From Obrimoposthia wandeli (taxonomy: Eukaryota), in assembly GCA_977020255.1 (NCBI GenBank), contig CDROCS010004875.1:1-64000 (forward strand): a stretch of DNA of 64,000 nt, given 5' to 3'. Under the pieces are notes generated by a model. The model saw only the letters and a program-made list of their open reading frames with translations. It did no database searches and was not told where the DNA came from. Shown here piece after piece: positions 12,201-22,800 of the stretch. Position 1 is the first letter of the stretch. Each line of letters starts with the position of its first letter. The position numbers and the translations under genes are program-made.

Positions 12201-13904
12201 ATATTTGAATACATTAATACTCAAGTTATTAAGATGTTCAAATCTTGATATCGCAGTTAATTTAACAGTAAAATCTATTCCATGATACTGCAATTCATTT
12301 AAAAAAGGGGTATATTTACTGACACGCTCTCTATGCTCAGTAATTACATCCCTTTTGAGGATGGCCAACACGCTATACAGAAAGCAAAGGTTATCACTGT
12401 TTTGTACGTTAACAATGGAACGTGAAAGTTGAAGAGATCTAGGTGAAGGAATGTATGAACTCCCCGAAAGATATATCATGTCAGTGAACTTTGTTAGAAC
12501 AAAGCTAACATCGTGAATTCTAACTAGAGTCCATCCACTACCCAATAATACTCGCTATAATTAGCAATTTTTTCATCAAGGTTTCTTCCAATTTCAGTTA
12601 CAAAATTATCATAGAATACAGTTGCTTTATGTGAAATTACCCAAGTTTTAGTTTCCTCATTGACATTTTTAAACTGCACTGTTGCGCAAAATTGAACCTT
12701 AGCCTGTCCTAATTTAGTCACTTCTGATTTTAAAAGATTTTCAATATTTGAATCTACACCTACGTTTAATAAAATTTCATTTCCTAATGGCACCTTAACT
12801 ATAACATATTTATTATTTAGGTGATACTCTATAGTAGCACCGTTTTCTCTACGTTTTTTTGGTGGGACCTTATTAAGAAATTGGCCTCGCCTCTTTCTTC
12901 CGTTTGTCGCTGACAAACCTCCCCCTAATTGAACGGGAAGACAACTATTTATATTAGCAGTTGACACAAACGCAGCTGAGATTGAAGGTGCTGCTATTGG
13001 TGATGCTGCCGATGTTGAGGCAATCGCAGCTGGTGTAGACGATGCTGCTGGAATAGATGCTGCCGCAGATGTAGAGGCTGCATTTGAAGCTGACCTTGCC
13101 GATGAAGAAGCGGCTGTTGTAGAGGTTAGTGCTGCTGAAATAAATATAATAAAAAATAAAAATATTTTTAAAAATTACCTCTAAGGCGTGCTAACATCGA
13201 TGTAGGCACTCGAGATGGGGGAGGCATAGCTGTCCTATCGGATGACGGCTGTATCATGGTACTTCCTGAATAAAAAACAAAAAATAAAAAATATATAATT
13301 TAAAAATAATAATAAAAAATACCTAATGAAGGCAATCCAAGTTGAGCTGGAATGAAGTCCTCTTCATTGACGAAATCCATCCAGCTGTCGTCCGACATCT
13401 CGACGAAATCGGATTCCTCGATGGTCTCTAACCATGAGTTATCGCTCCACTGCTCTATCTCGAAATCTGACTGGGATATGTCATTCATCCACTCATTGTT
13501 AGACATTTGAGTGGATGGGTCAGAATCAGGAGCCGGGAGACCAATCGCAGGACTGTAAAAGGGTTGATCGACTGCAACTGGAATTGGAGGTGGAGCGACC
13601 TGTGAATCGCGCACCAATTGCATGATATCCCTCTTCTTGTTGTTGGCCGTGAAACACGATAGATGAGCTTGATGTTCACTGAAGAAGTCTCGAAACTCCT
13701 TCTCCTCCATTGTTCTGCAGAAGGGGCAGACAAAGAAGTGAAGCCCGCGAGACTTTGTCCTGTAGTATGCAGACATTGTCTCCATGCAGGACTCTCCTCC
13801 ATGCGGAGGAGAGGCACCGCAATACGCAGGGAATAGGTTACAAGTAATCTGAAATAATAAATATTAATAAGGAAATAATAAAAATAAATTCTTACCATAG
13901 GCAT
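9280..13904 (-). pseudogene. polB: Protein-primed family B DNA polymerase of Polinton with a spliced N-terminal extension (exons 13904-13896, 13848-13323, 13265-13179, 13134 onward); several frameshifts
   Basis: Motifs: GSGWTL..GSSYIPSP..IVNVQNSDNLCFLYSVLA; endonuclease VII-like CYLC..VRDHDHVTGRYLGAACNLC; exonuclease VYADFES, LRFIDSLQFL, YMKLDIYLLADVFESFR; polymerase YIDINNLYGWA, KLKSNSLFGK, AGDTDS, IGKFKDE, RPKCYS, RAKGV. Three GT-AG introns (47, 57, 44 nt) join in phase. Confidence 0.92.
10628..10893 (-). repeat. Ectopic ~260-bp copy of polB segment 9893-10145 inside polB
   Basis: taataacactgctaccaagtcatctgcaattg...cacaaagttttgactgaag occurs twice; the copy also has a 13-bp tandem duplication (aaactacgcttga x2). 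Confidence 0.9.
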
Positions 13905-14266
13905 TATTTCAAATTGTCGGGGATTTAAATGAAGAAAGTGTTTGCTTATATACTAAAATTTATGCACACATGCTCTTTTCCTATTGGATTAAAAAATTGA
14001 GAAGGTTTGTTTATCTGTTAAATGGTCGAAAAAATTATTTTTTTATTCCTCCAATCAAAAGATTTAATTGTAATTGAATGAAAATTATGAATTAGAAGAA
14101 TTGTTTATCTACATGTCAAGTAATAATAAGAAAGACTTAAACATTTTTTATATGCGCAATGGTCACCATGATTACTATATGGACAGCAAATATTTCGTGG
14201 AATTTTTAATAGATGATCACGTGAAATATTTAAAGTATTCAACCTCAATTTAGGAAAATATATTTT

Positions 14267-14518
14267 TTAAGTCATATATTTTTTGCCATCCATGTCATCT
14301 AAAACATAAAAAATTCCATTTTCAATTTCAAAATTATATTTAATAGTATCGAAAATACATATTTCACAGAAAGCCTTATGTCCTTCTTTCCATTTTAATA
14401 AATGGAAATATTTAGTTAGATATAAATTAGTAAATTTTTTCTTATAATCTAAACTTTTAAATGGGATATCTATATGAAATATGAAATGCAAAGGATGAAA
14501 AACGTCGCATACATCCAT
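14267..14518 (-). CDS. Small hypothetical Polinton accessory ORF (83 aa)
   Basis: ATG-initiated ORF within the element, co-oriented with neighbours; no motif recognised. Confidence 0.4.
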   Translation of the reverse strand: MDVCDVFHPLHFIFHIDIPFKSLDYKKKFTNLYLTKYFHLLKWKEGHKAFCEICIFDTIKYNFEIENGIFYVLDDMDGKKYMT

Positions 14519-14673
14519 AATACATAATTATTTTATAATATAATCCCCATTTTTGTTAATGAAAGCCTCAAAATCTATGATATATTCCTGCATAATTATC
14601 TAAATTTGTAGCAAATCCCGTTGTTTATAACGAAGTACTTTCATGTTAAGATTGGAATATTTTGTCAATTCTC

Positions 14674-15036
14674 CTATGTAACATAATCAATAAAGACAAA
14701 ATAATAATCAAAAATTAATTTTTTTGTAGAAGGACCCTCTTTCGGTTTAATCTGGAGGATTCTCTTTCTTGCTGCTCGCCGAACATCCTCCATCTCTTCT
14801 CTTCTTTTTTCATCCACCTTCCATTTTTCCAATTCGATCTTCTTATTCCACTCCACGATTCGACGGCGTTCTGCTAGCCTCCTATCCTGTATCTCCACCC
14901 GATGATTCCACTCTGTCGCGACAGCAGTATACAAATTTTGATTGAGGACCCTCTTTCTTAAGTCCCCTTTCTTCTCATTTATTCTGATGTTTGCTTCAAT
15001 CTTCGTCACCAGACTCTTCATTTTAATGAATTCCAT
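14674..15036 (-). CDS. Polinton accessory ORF (120 aa), charged coiled-coil with a weak SERTA-like motif
   Basis: Open ATG ORF, richer in GC than its flanks; contains DLRKRVLNQNLYTAV and an E/R/K-rich helix. Confidence 0.55.
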   Translation of the reverse strand: MEFIKMKSLVTKIEANIRINEKKGDLRKRVLNQNLYTAVATEWNHRVEIQDRRLAERRRIVEWNKKIELEKWKVDEKRREEMEDVRRAARKRILQIKPKEGPSTKKLIFDYYFVFIDYVT

Positions 15037-15230
15037 TTTTTTAATTATGAAAAGGTTAATAAATTTGAACCTATATATATAAATTAAAGATATTTTTTAA
15101 TCCAATTAAATGATATATTTTTATTTATCAAATGAGTGTTTAATAAATCTATAACTTATCATTGCAAATAAACTTAAAGATAGTATTTCTACATTTAAAA
15201 AAATAAATATTAAGAAGAAAACATATGAAA

Positions 15231-16050
15231 CTAATGTTTATAAATTATATTTTTAAACATCTTTACGAAGTCATCATTGGGATCATTCGGGTCGTAATCC
15301 CTCCGACTAAGTATTATAGGAGAAAGCGGTACTGGTTCCTTCTTCTTTGGCCGGCCCGGTTTCTTTTTCAGCTTCACCGGTTGCTTTGTAGCAATTGTCC
15401 TTCCCTCAGGTTTTGGCAATAGTTGTCGCAACGTTTTGGGAGGAGGTGCAGCTGATGTTGATGGTTCCGACGTAGAAGTCCTCTTCCTCTTCCGTGGAGC
15501 TTTCTTCTGTTTCTCCTCCTTCTCACGCTGAAGCTGGCGTGAGACGGCATCCTGTTGCCCACGCGAATCTGGAAGCATTGCCGGTGAATCCAGTTCCGCC
15601 AGGAATTCATCCAATCCAGCGTCATCCCAGGCCCTCTTCAAGTTCTGGCTGGTTGTTGGACGAGGAGAAGCAGTCTCCTGCAGGCGTCGTTGACTTGAGG
15701 GCGGACTTATCTCAATCGGCGAGACTGGGATCCTCTCATATAGGATTGGTCCGTCGTCCACTGGAGATTGGAGAATCTCCTGCTGGCCAATCACCGTCTC
15801 AGAATAAGGACCAATTGAGGTTTTACATTTTCTCGAGCGCCTCGTCTTCTTCACCTCTGCCCTCTTCGTCCGTTTCCGCGAGAAAGGAGTAACTTATCCC
15901 CAAGTCTCCTCAAATATTTGGACGGGTTCCTGCAAAATATTAATAAAATTTAAACATATAAATAATTTACCTCAATGATGGGCAGGTTAGCCTGTTTCAC
16001 CAACTTGGCCTTCTTCCGCGTGAGGGTTTTGACCCGATGGCGTTGCGGTT
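15231..16050 (-). pseudogene. Basic Pro/Lys/Arg-rich Polinton accessory gene with a 41-nt intron, one in-frame stop, 5' end truncated by the palindrome
   Basis: Exon ...KPQRHRVKTLTRKKAKLVKQANLPIIE | intron 15970-15930 (gtaaat...tgcag) | EPVQIFEETWG*VTPFSRKRTKRAEVKKTRR..., in frame with ORF 15231-15854. Confidence 0.7.
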
Positions 16051-16052
16051 TC

Positions 16053-16172
16053 CCCCCCTTGTCCTTTAAAACCGTGCATGTGTGTGGAGTGAAATTTCAC
16101 TCCACACACATGCACGGTTTTAAAGGACAAGGGGGGAGGGGGTGTGGATTAGACCGGACACATCCACCTACT
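16053..16172. repeat. Right TIR of Polinton A containing an 84-bp perfect palindrome (16053-16136)
   Basis: 42+42 bp arms centred on GAAA|TTTC at 16094/16095; terminus ...CCACCTACT. Confidence 0.95.
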
Positions 16173-16174
16173 GT

Positions 16175-16653
16175 GATTATTTAGATTTGAATGATATTTG
16201 GCTTTATGTTTAACTAAAAGTAAGTAATTCAGATGATACTAATTTAATAGAAAATAGACACATGTTAATTACTTCTTTAATTCTTTATTTAATGATGCTA
16301 TTGTTACTCTTAATAATGTTTAAATTGAAGATGGAAATTCTTCCTATACTCATAAAGCTTTGATGGAAAGTCTATTGAATTATAGTACTGATACTCAAAA
16401 TACTAATTTGCTACCCATTGGTAATGATAAAACGGATGAAACTCACAAAGAATGGATTGCAGAATCTAAAGCGTACGAAATGTGTGGATCTATGAAACTA
16501 AACGTTTTTGAACAACCTAAATATTTAATTACCGATGTTAATGTACATCTTCGTTTGAAACGCAATAAATGGAATTTTTCTTTGATAAGTCCAGAAGTTC
16601 TAAAACCTAGACTTGATATATTTGAATGCGAAAATATATGTCCGACGAATTAA
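16175..16653 (+). pseudogene. N-terminal/middle fragment of a Polinton major capsid protein, outside the right TIR
   Basis: DYLDLNDIWLYV*LKV...NSLFNDAIVTLNN..YTHKALMESLLNYSTD...WIAESKAYEMCGSMKLNVFEQPKYLITDVNVHLRLKRNK fits the Polinton MCP pattern (YIDL..T.LYV; YPY.AY.E.LLNY; IA.SK..E..G....D.F.Q...L...V....L.R). Confidence 0.82.
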
Positions 16654-19600
16654 AACCGAACAATCTATTTTAATGGCACATAATATAGGAATGGGAAAAA
16701 ACAATGCTTGTTATACTATTAGATAAACTAAACTTATAACATAATCCTAGTCGGTACATGTGAGGACAAATTGAGGACTTTCAGAAGTTAAATGGGAAGC
16801 CAAGAATCGTAGGCACCTGCTCAAATTCGCTTTTGACGGAATTCAGGTATCCTATACGTTAATTCGTCGAATTTCAGTTTGCCACCTTGACCACTGTACC
16901 ATCCACCGTCAGTAAACTGTTCTTACACAGTTAAAAAGTGTATATATATATCTTAGAACATATATAGATTACTTTCAGGACGCTTTACGAATTATAGTCG
17001 ATATAATTTTTAAATATTTGTGCTTGTCTGCATTTTATAACTCTATTTACAATATTTAAATAACACATAGAAACAAATAAACTGTAATATAGAACAATAT
17101 ATCAGGTAGTTTGATTTAGGATTTGATGATAATTCTTTAGTTTTCCATCTTCAATGATACTTTCAATTTTTTAATCAATTCTCACAATATTGTCATTGTT
17201 ATTGCTTGAGACTTTATATACGAAGTCATACTTTTCATTCTCCTTCAAGCATTTAATGTCAATAATTGCAATATGAAACTTTTTGGTGACATATGTATAT
17301 GGTGAATTTTGACTTAACGGAAAATACTTGAACGTGAATTCACTCATCGCAACAGTCCGTTTGTCAAGAACTTGTATAGTATTCTCTCAATCAAAAACTT
17401 ATAATAAAGTTACAAGTTAAGTTGATGATTGAGAGTTTTCTCACAATTGTTTGACGGTAAAATCACATACAAGTCTCAATCTGTTTCGAATAAATCCATT
17501 ATGTTGATGACTGACCATGTAATTTATATTGTTTATATTTACCAATACCTTTAGATTTATTGATATTTTAGATTAGAATTATATATTATTCGATTTTATT
17601 GATTTAAATTTAATGAAATTTGACAAACACGATTAATTTGACTGAAAGGGATATTACTTTTTTAATGGAGCCAGCCGACTGCTGAGAAGGACTGACACGT
17701 GAGGACAAGCAACCAGTTATTGAAGAAGTCAACATAATATAAGTTCTGACGCGATGGGAACATATTTGTCCAAGGCAGGTCAACGTGGTTCGATTTCAAG
17801 ATTACCGGGGCAACGACAGAATAGAAGTGGTATCGACGGCGCTGCATTCACACAAAGGTCAACACTACCATAAAGCACACCGACCTCTCGCAATATTCAT
17901 ATAACTTCAAACCGAATAGAGAATTGAAATGGCGACAATGGTGGAAAATAATGTGGTGGAAGAACACAGACCTTTCTTTTGGCAGTGAAAAGTTTTCATT
18001 TAATGATAGAAAGAATTAAAAATAATTAAACTATTTATTAAGATTTTGTTCGGACGATTTCCCTTACTCCAGTTTTAAGACTTACAAACGAAACATTTAA
18101 TTCTTTGTTTAGATAAAAAAATATGGAATTCTTTAAAACTATTTTTTCTAAAGCTCGAAGACGTAAAGCTGGTATCGAAGTTCGGTACTCCTGCTTTCAT
18201 AATCCTATTCTTTCATCTCATTCCATTTTGTTTTTGAATTTCTAGAAGATAAATACGAATGCCTTCTATTGCAATTTGAATAAAATATTATGCCTAAATG
18301 TTTATTAAAAATGTGATTAATTATTGTCACAGTACGTTTATGGGCGATAGGTATTCATGACAAATAACGATTGCCTAAAAAAATTATGTGTACTGTCTGG
18401 GTACCAAAAAACGAAATTCGAGACATTTGTTAGAAATAAAGTTTTTTTTGAGTGTTTTAAATTTGAGAAAATATAAATAAATTTTTTCTTGTCAGCGTAA
18501 ACAAACGAATAAGTAGATTTGAATAAACAATGAAACAGTAGAAACATTTGTCATGCAGGCTCGAGTCAACGCGCCTCACAGTGGCTCTTCTTCGGAGTCC
18601 GGGATTGGCAAAAGTGCTGGGTCTCTTTCGGGACAGTGTTGAGAGAAATTTCTTCAAGGAGCCGAATTCAGAGACGGGAGCACTGACACTATCACAGAGA
18701 AAAAAATAGATCCAGATAAAAGAAAAAAAATCAGAGATTTAGATATAAGAAAAACATACAGGAGTTGAAAAAATTGAAAAAAATCTAAACATTTCGATGA
18801 TAAGGAATAAAATTAAATAGCCAAAATCTCAAATATCTACGAAATTTTTTTTTGAGTAAAACCAACAGACTTCCACACACCAATGGAGAAATTTACAGGC
18901 ACACATAATCATTAGCACAGTAAAATAAGACAAATATCAAAGATAAAACAGCGAAGAAAATAAAGCAAAAAGAGAACGAATCACTTGGACAAAGATGAGT
19001 TACAAATGTTTCGGTTTTAGCTGTTTTTGCTTTATCAAACATTCCGGACAAGTCGAAGAAGATAAAACAGAACAAAAAGAGAGGGATCAAATCCAAACAA
19101 ATCGGCGACAACACAATAGCAAAAGAGCAATTTGAGGTTACACATCTGTAGAAAAGAACTGGGAAAGTTACGTTAAGTGGACTTCAAAGTGAGGATGGAC
19201 AAAAGCAGTTTGTACAGGATTACATGCGACCAAACTGATAAAATACAGGGGAGTGTGCCTAAATTACGGTTAGATGGTTTCGTAGTGGGAGAGTAGCAGA
19301 AAATGGTCTCAAAGAAAACTGTTTTCCATTACACAATCCCAAAGGTTTAGAGAAAGTTCCTTTAATGATTGTAGTTGAAGCAGTTTGATGACCGAATCCG
19401 ATTCGTCTTTTTCACGGAATTTCTTCAGCAGAACAATATTGTAGTTGTTGTCGGAAGAAACATTCAAGTCGTTAGGGACTGTGAAGGAAGTAAAAAATGA
19501 CAAAGTACATTACCTTGCGTAAGATACACATCTTCTGGCAACAAATTCATAAAATCTTTGTTAAATTAAACAACTTACTATTTTTACATTTTAGGTTGTT

Positions 19601-19764
19601 TCTGTGTTTCTAATTGAAATTATAACAAAATCGATAAAAAGTGCCGAAATCGTACAGCGAGAGATTGTGGTTCACGACAGAAATAGGCGAGGAAGAAGAA
19701 TAGAGGAACACAGACGAATAGAATCGGTGGCAATTGGTCAACGAATCAGAGACAACCTCCAAGG

Positions 19765-19873
19765 TCACAGGAAGGCGTTGCCAGATTTGTGGACATGGAT
19801 GTTGAGCCACTTTCCGTCTTTCCGTTGCCAAACTCGAGTTTCTTCACCACGACCCACCGTCACAGTGCCATTT
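19765..19873 (-). CDS. CaMKII: CaMKII last coding exon (hub C-terminus, TGA stop)
   Basis: Acceptor ttcag; [35 protein letters not shown]. Confidence 0.93.
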
Positions 19874-22800
19874 CTGAACACAACATGAAACTGGTAACCT
19901 AATCTCCAATACACTATTTTAAACGAACGCATTGTACTTGTACACCAGATAATACAGTAATTGATACAATTTAATGTGTCAATTTTAAATCATAAGCTTT
20001 ACTTTTTCTAACTGACACTGAACTATTTGTTGAATTTGAATTTATAATAAAATAGAATTCGTATAGCAACATCAATCGAATATTAACTTCATTCATGTCG
20101 ATAAGCTATTAAAATTAATTATAATAACTTCGACTATTATAATTTACAACTTATATATTTGAAAAGCTACTGTTTTGAGATACAAATTAATAATGCAATA
20201 TTTCATTCGTTAAAACCTAATAAATCCACTGTCGATTACGTGTTCTTCATAATTGGTTTGTTTCTGTGTAAAGGTTCTAAAAAATGTAACCTTATCTAAA
20301 ATAAATTGATTTCTTCGATATTCCAAACTACCCTAAGTTCTTGTCTGCAGAGTGGTTCAAAATAACAGTTCCAACTTCAATTTCTAGTAATTCACGAAAA
20401 TGCAGAAATCATTCGTATATTTTTATTTTTTGTATGCATACAAACTCTACTTTGTTAATTATTGATAATTAAGCTGTAATAGTTATTTTAAATTACCCTG
20501 TATAATGTGGACTCATGTAAATACCGACAAATATAAAGTTGATACCATAAATAATGGGATAGGCCGACACAAATATTGTCAGCTTTTGTGATCAGCCATT
20601 GAATCCAAGTGTCAATAATTCATTTATAACCAAATTGCATAACAATTTGAAAGGACTGGATGATCATTCATTTATTAAGTCACATAAAATGCCTCTTATG
20701 CTGAGATTAGTTCTTGGATCATCGAATATAGGAGTATAGGAGAAAAACAAATTTGATAATACGATTATCTGAAGAATCTCAATCTCAAATCAAATGTTAA
20801 ATTTCAATATTTATTCAAATTATTTGATTTACTTATACTTTTTCTGATGAAGGTTTGGATTAATAAACAGAGCGTTAATATTAAATAAATCGAAGTTTTA
20901 TCACTCAAAAAGTTTATTTTATCCATCGGTAAGTTGTTGTAAAAATTCAGAGCATATATTTCAAATATTCCATCAATATGTTTATTATTTGAGAACAGTT
21001 ATAATCGTTGCTTCTAAGATGCATTTACATGTTCACTGCACCAGCTTGATAAGATCATATAAATATTTGGACCTTTGCGAGACAATACTTTTGTTGTTGT
21101 TGATAATATGCAGGATTTGAATTCAATTTGGTATTGACCGGCTGCCAATGAAGCTTCACTAACTGTTGTACTTGTACTGGGATGTTTCTTTTATTTGAAT
21201 ATTATTCTGACGGAAATATAATTATAGTCAAGAACTTAGGATTAATATATTTGAAGTATATACTGAGATTTTAGAAATTCAAGTTTGTTGGAAAATTTAG
21301 TCACATAGCTATTTACTAACTTGTCCACGATCTGTACGACCTTGACGAAAGCAATAGATGCGGCCTCTTCTCCGAGAATGTGGATCGTGGGATTCAAAAT
21401 ACTCATATTCACTGATTTGGCATCCCGCTTCGAATACACTGTCAATGGCAATGTGTATATTTGTCAAAGTCACTTGGAGATTGAGAAACAATCAGTCAAA
21501 TCTTCGAATTTCTTTTTGAATAAATTCTGACTTACTATAATCGTGGTCAGGAACCACAGATAATAGACTTAAAATTGCAGATGCATAACGATACGAACAA
21601 ATTCTACGAACGTAACAACGGCTACAACTACTCCACTCACCGTTGTTGAAGAGGAACTTGTAGTAGTCGATCCCTTCAATTAGATTACCACAAGTATCGG
21701 GTTCGAATATCGTTATCTGAGGATCCACGAGCTTCCTGCATTTAATAGTTCGGTTAGAGATACCTAACCATTCTTCCACAGGTTTACACAAGGGTTCCTA
21801 AAATGATACTAAATATGTTTTAGAGCAAGATTTATCTGGATTGGGGAAGTTGATATTTTGCATTGATATTAATAATAATTGCCAATTACATATTCCTTAT
21901 TTTTTCAAAAACTTTAGAACATCTAGGAATATAAATATGATATTCTTAATCAGTGAAAAAAATGCTATCGAATACATCAATATTATTCTGGATTAAATTT
22001 TGAAATTAAAGATTTTCATGCAGTGTAATCTATCATTTATTTTGAGAAAAAAATAAAGATATAAGATTTATTTAAAATTATGCAAAGCATCATCCAGAAA
22101 GGCTTCAAAAAGAGATACTGTCCTACTCTGTGAGGGTAATATTCACAATTTGTTCTCATATATCCCTATATATATATGTGGATAAGCTATAGGTGGTATT
22201 TGAATAAGACCGTCTTAAATTGTGTTTGTGCTATCAGCGCAGCTTGTCCAGCGGGATCGGCAAATGTAATACGGTGTAAAACTATAATAGGAAACACACA
22301 AAAAGGTTTACATGTTACGTCCAATTGGAAATGTTGCAGACGGAAGTCGAAGAAATCCACCAATTGATGGTGACAAAGTTGACAATATTAAGGAACAATT
22401 TTAATCAACTCATCTTCATAAATCCGTCACCAAAGTTTAAAATACCATACTCAACAATACGTCAGAAACAAAAGCCTTAAGTATAACTTAAAATGAGGTA
22501 ATTTTATGTGAAAACGAAATACCAACTTTCAGATAATGATTTTCTGACAAGGAAGAACCTTAGCAATGGTATGGTGGAAAACTGCATTAAAACTACATTA
22601 TGTAAGTCAAAAAAGACCTTTAATATATGGCCATCTCGCTCAGTTTTCATAAAAAAGAAACCCCTCCACATTAGATGTTATTTCAGTAGGATGGTGGTCC
22701 ACTTCATTTGGCTAGATCAGTAGTGTAGTTGTTCGACAATTCATCTTTAATAGTTTGGCTTGCCCATAGTCTATATTTGACTTCACAGGACTAATTTCTT

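Larger units (their letters stand above)
8183..16172. mobile_element. Polinton/Maverick element A, internally deleted (no integrase or ATPase seen) and pseudogenised
   Basis: Inverted terminal matches: 8183 gtggatgtgtccggtctaattcacaccccc and 16138-16172 gggggtgtggattagaccggacacatccacctact (AGTAGG terminus on the right). Contains protein-primed PolB, adenain-like protease and a major capsid C-terminus. Confidence 0.9.

Noticed and set aside
8172-16178. 5-bp TSD (TTGAT/GTGAT) restoring an in-frame capsid sequence KSF-DYLDL across element A
   Set aside because: Needs one TSD mismatch and two terminal mutations. The paralogous block near 7790-7850 shows that TTGATATTAT belongs to the flank, so the left TIR has more likely just lost AGTAG.
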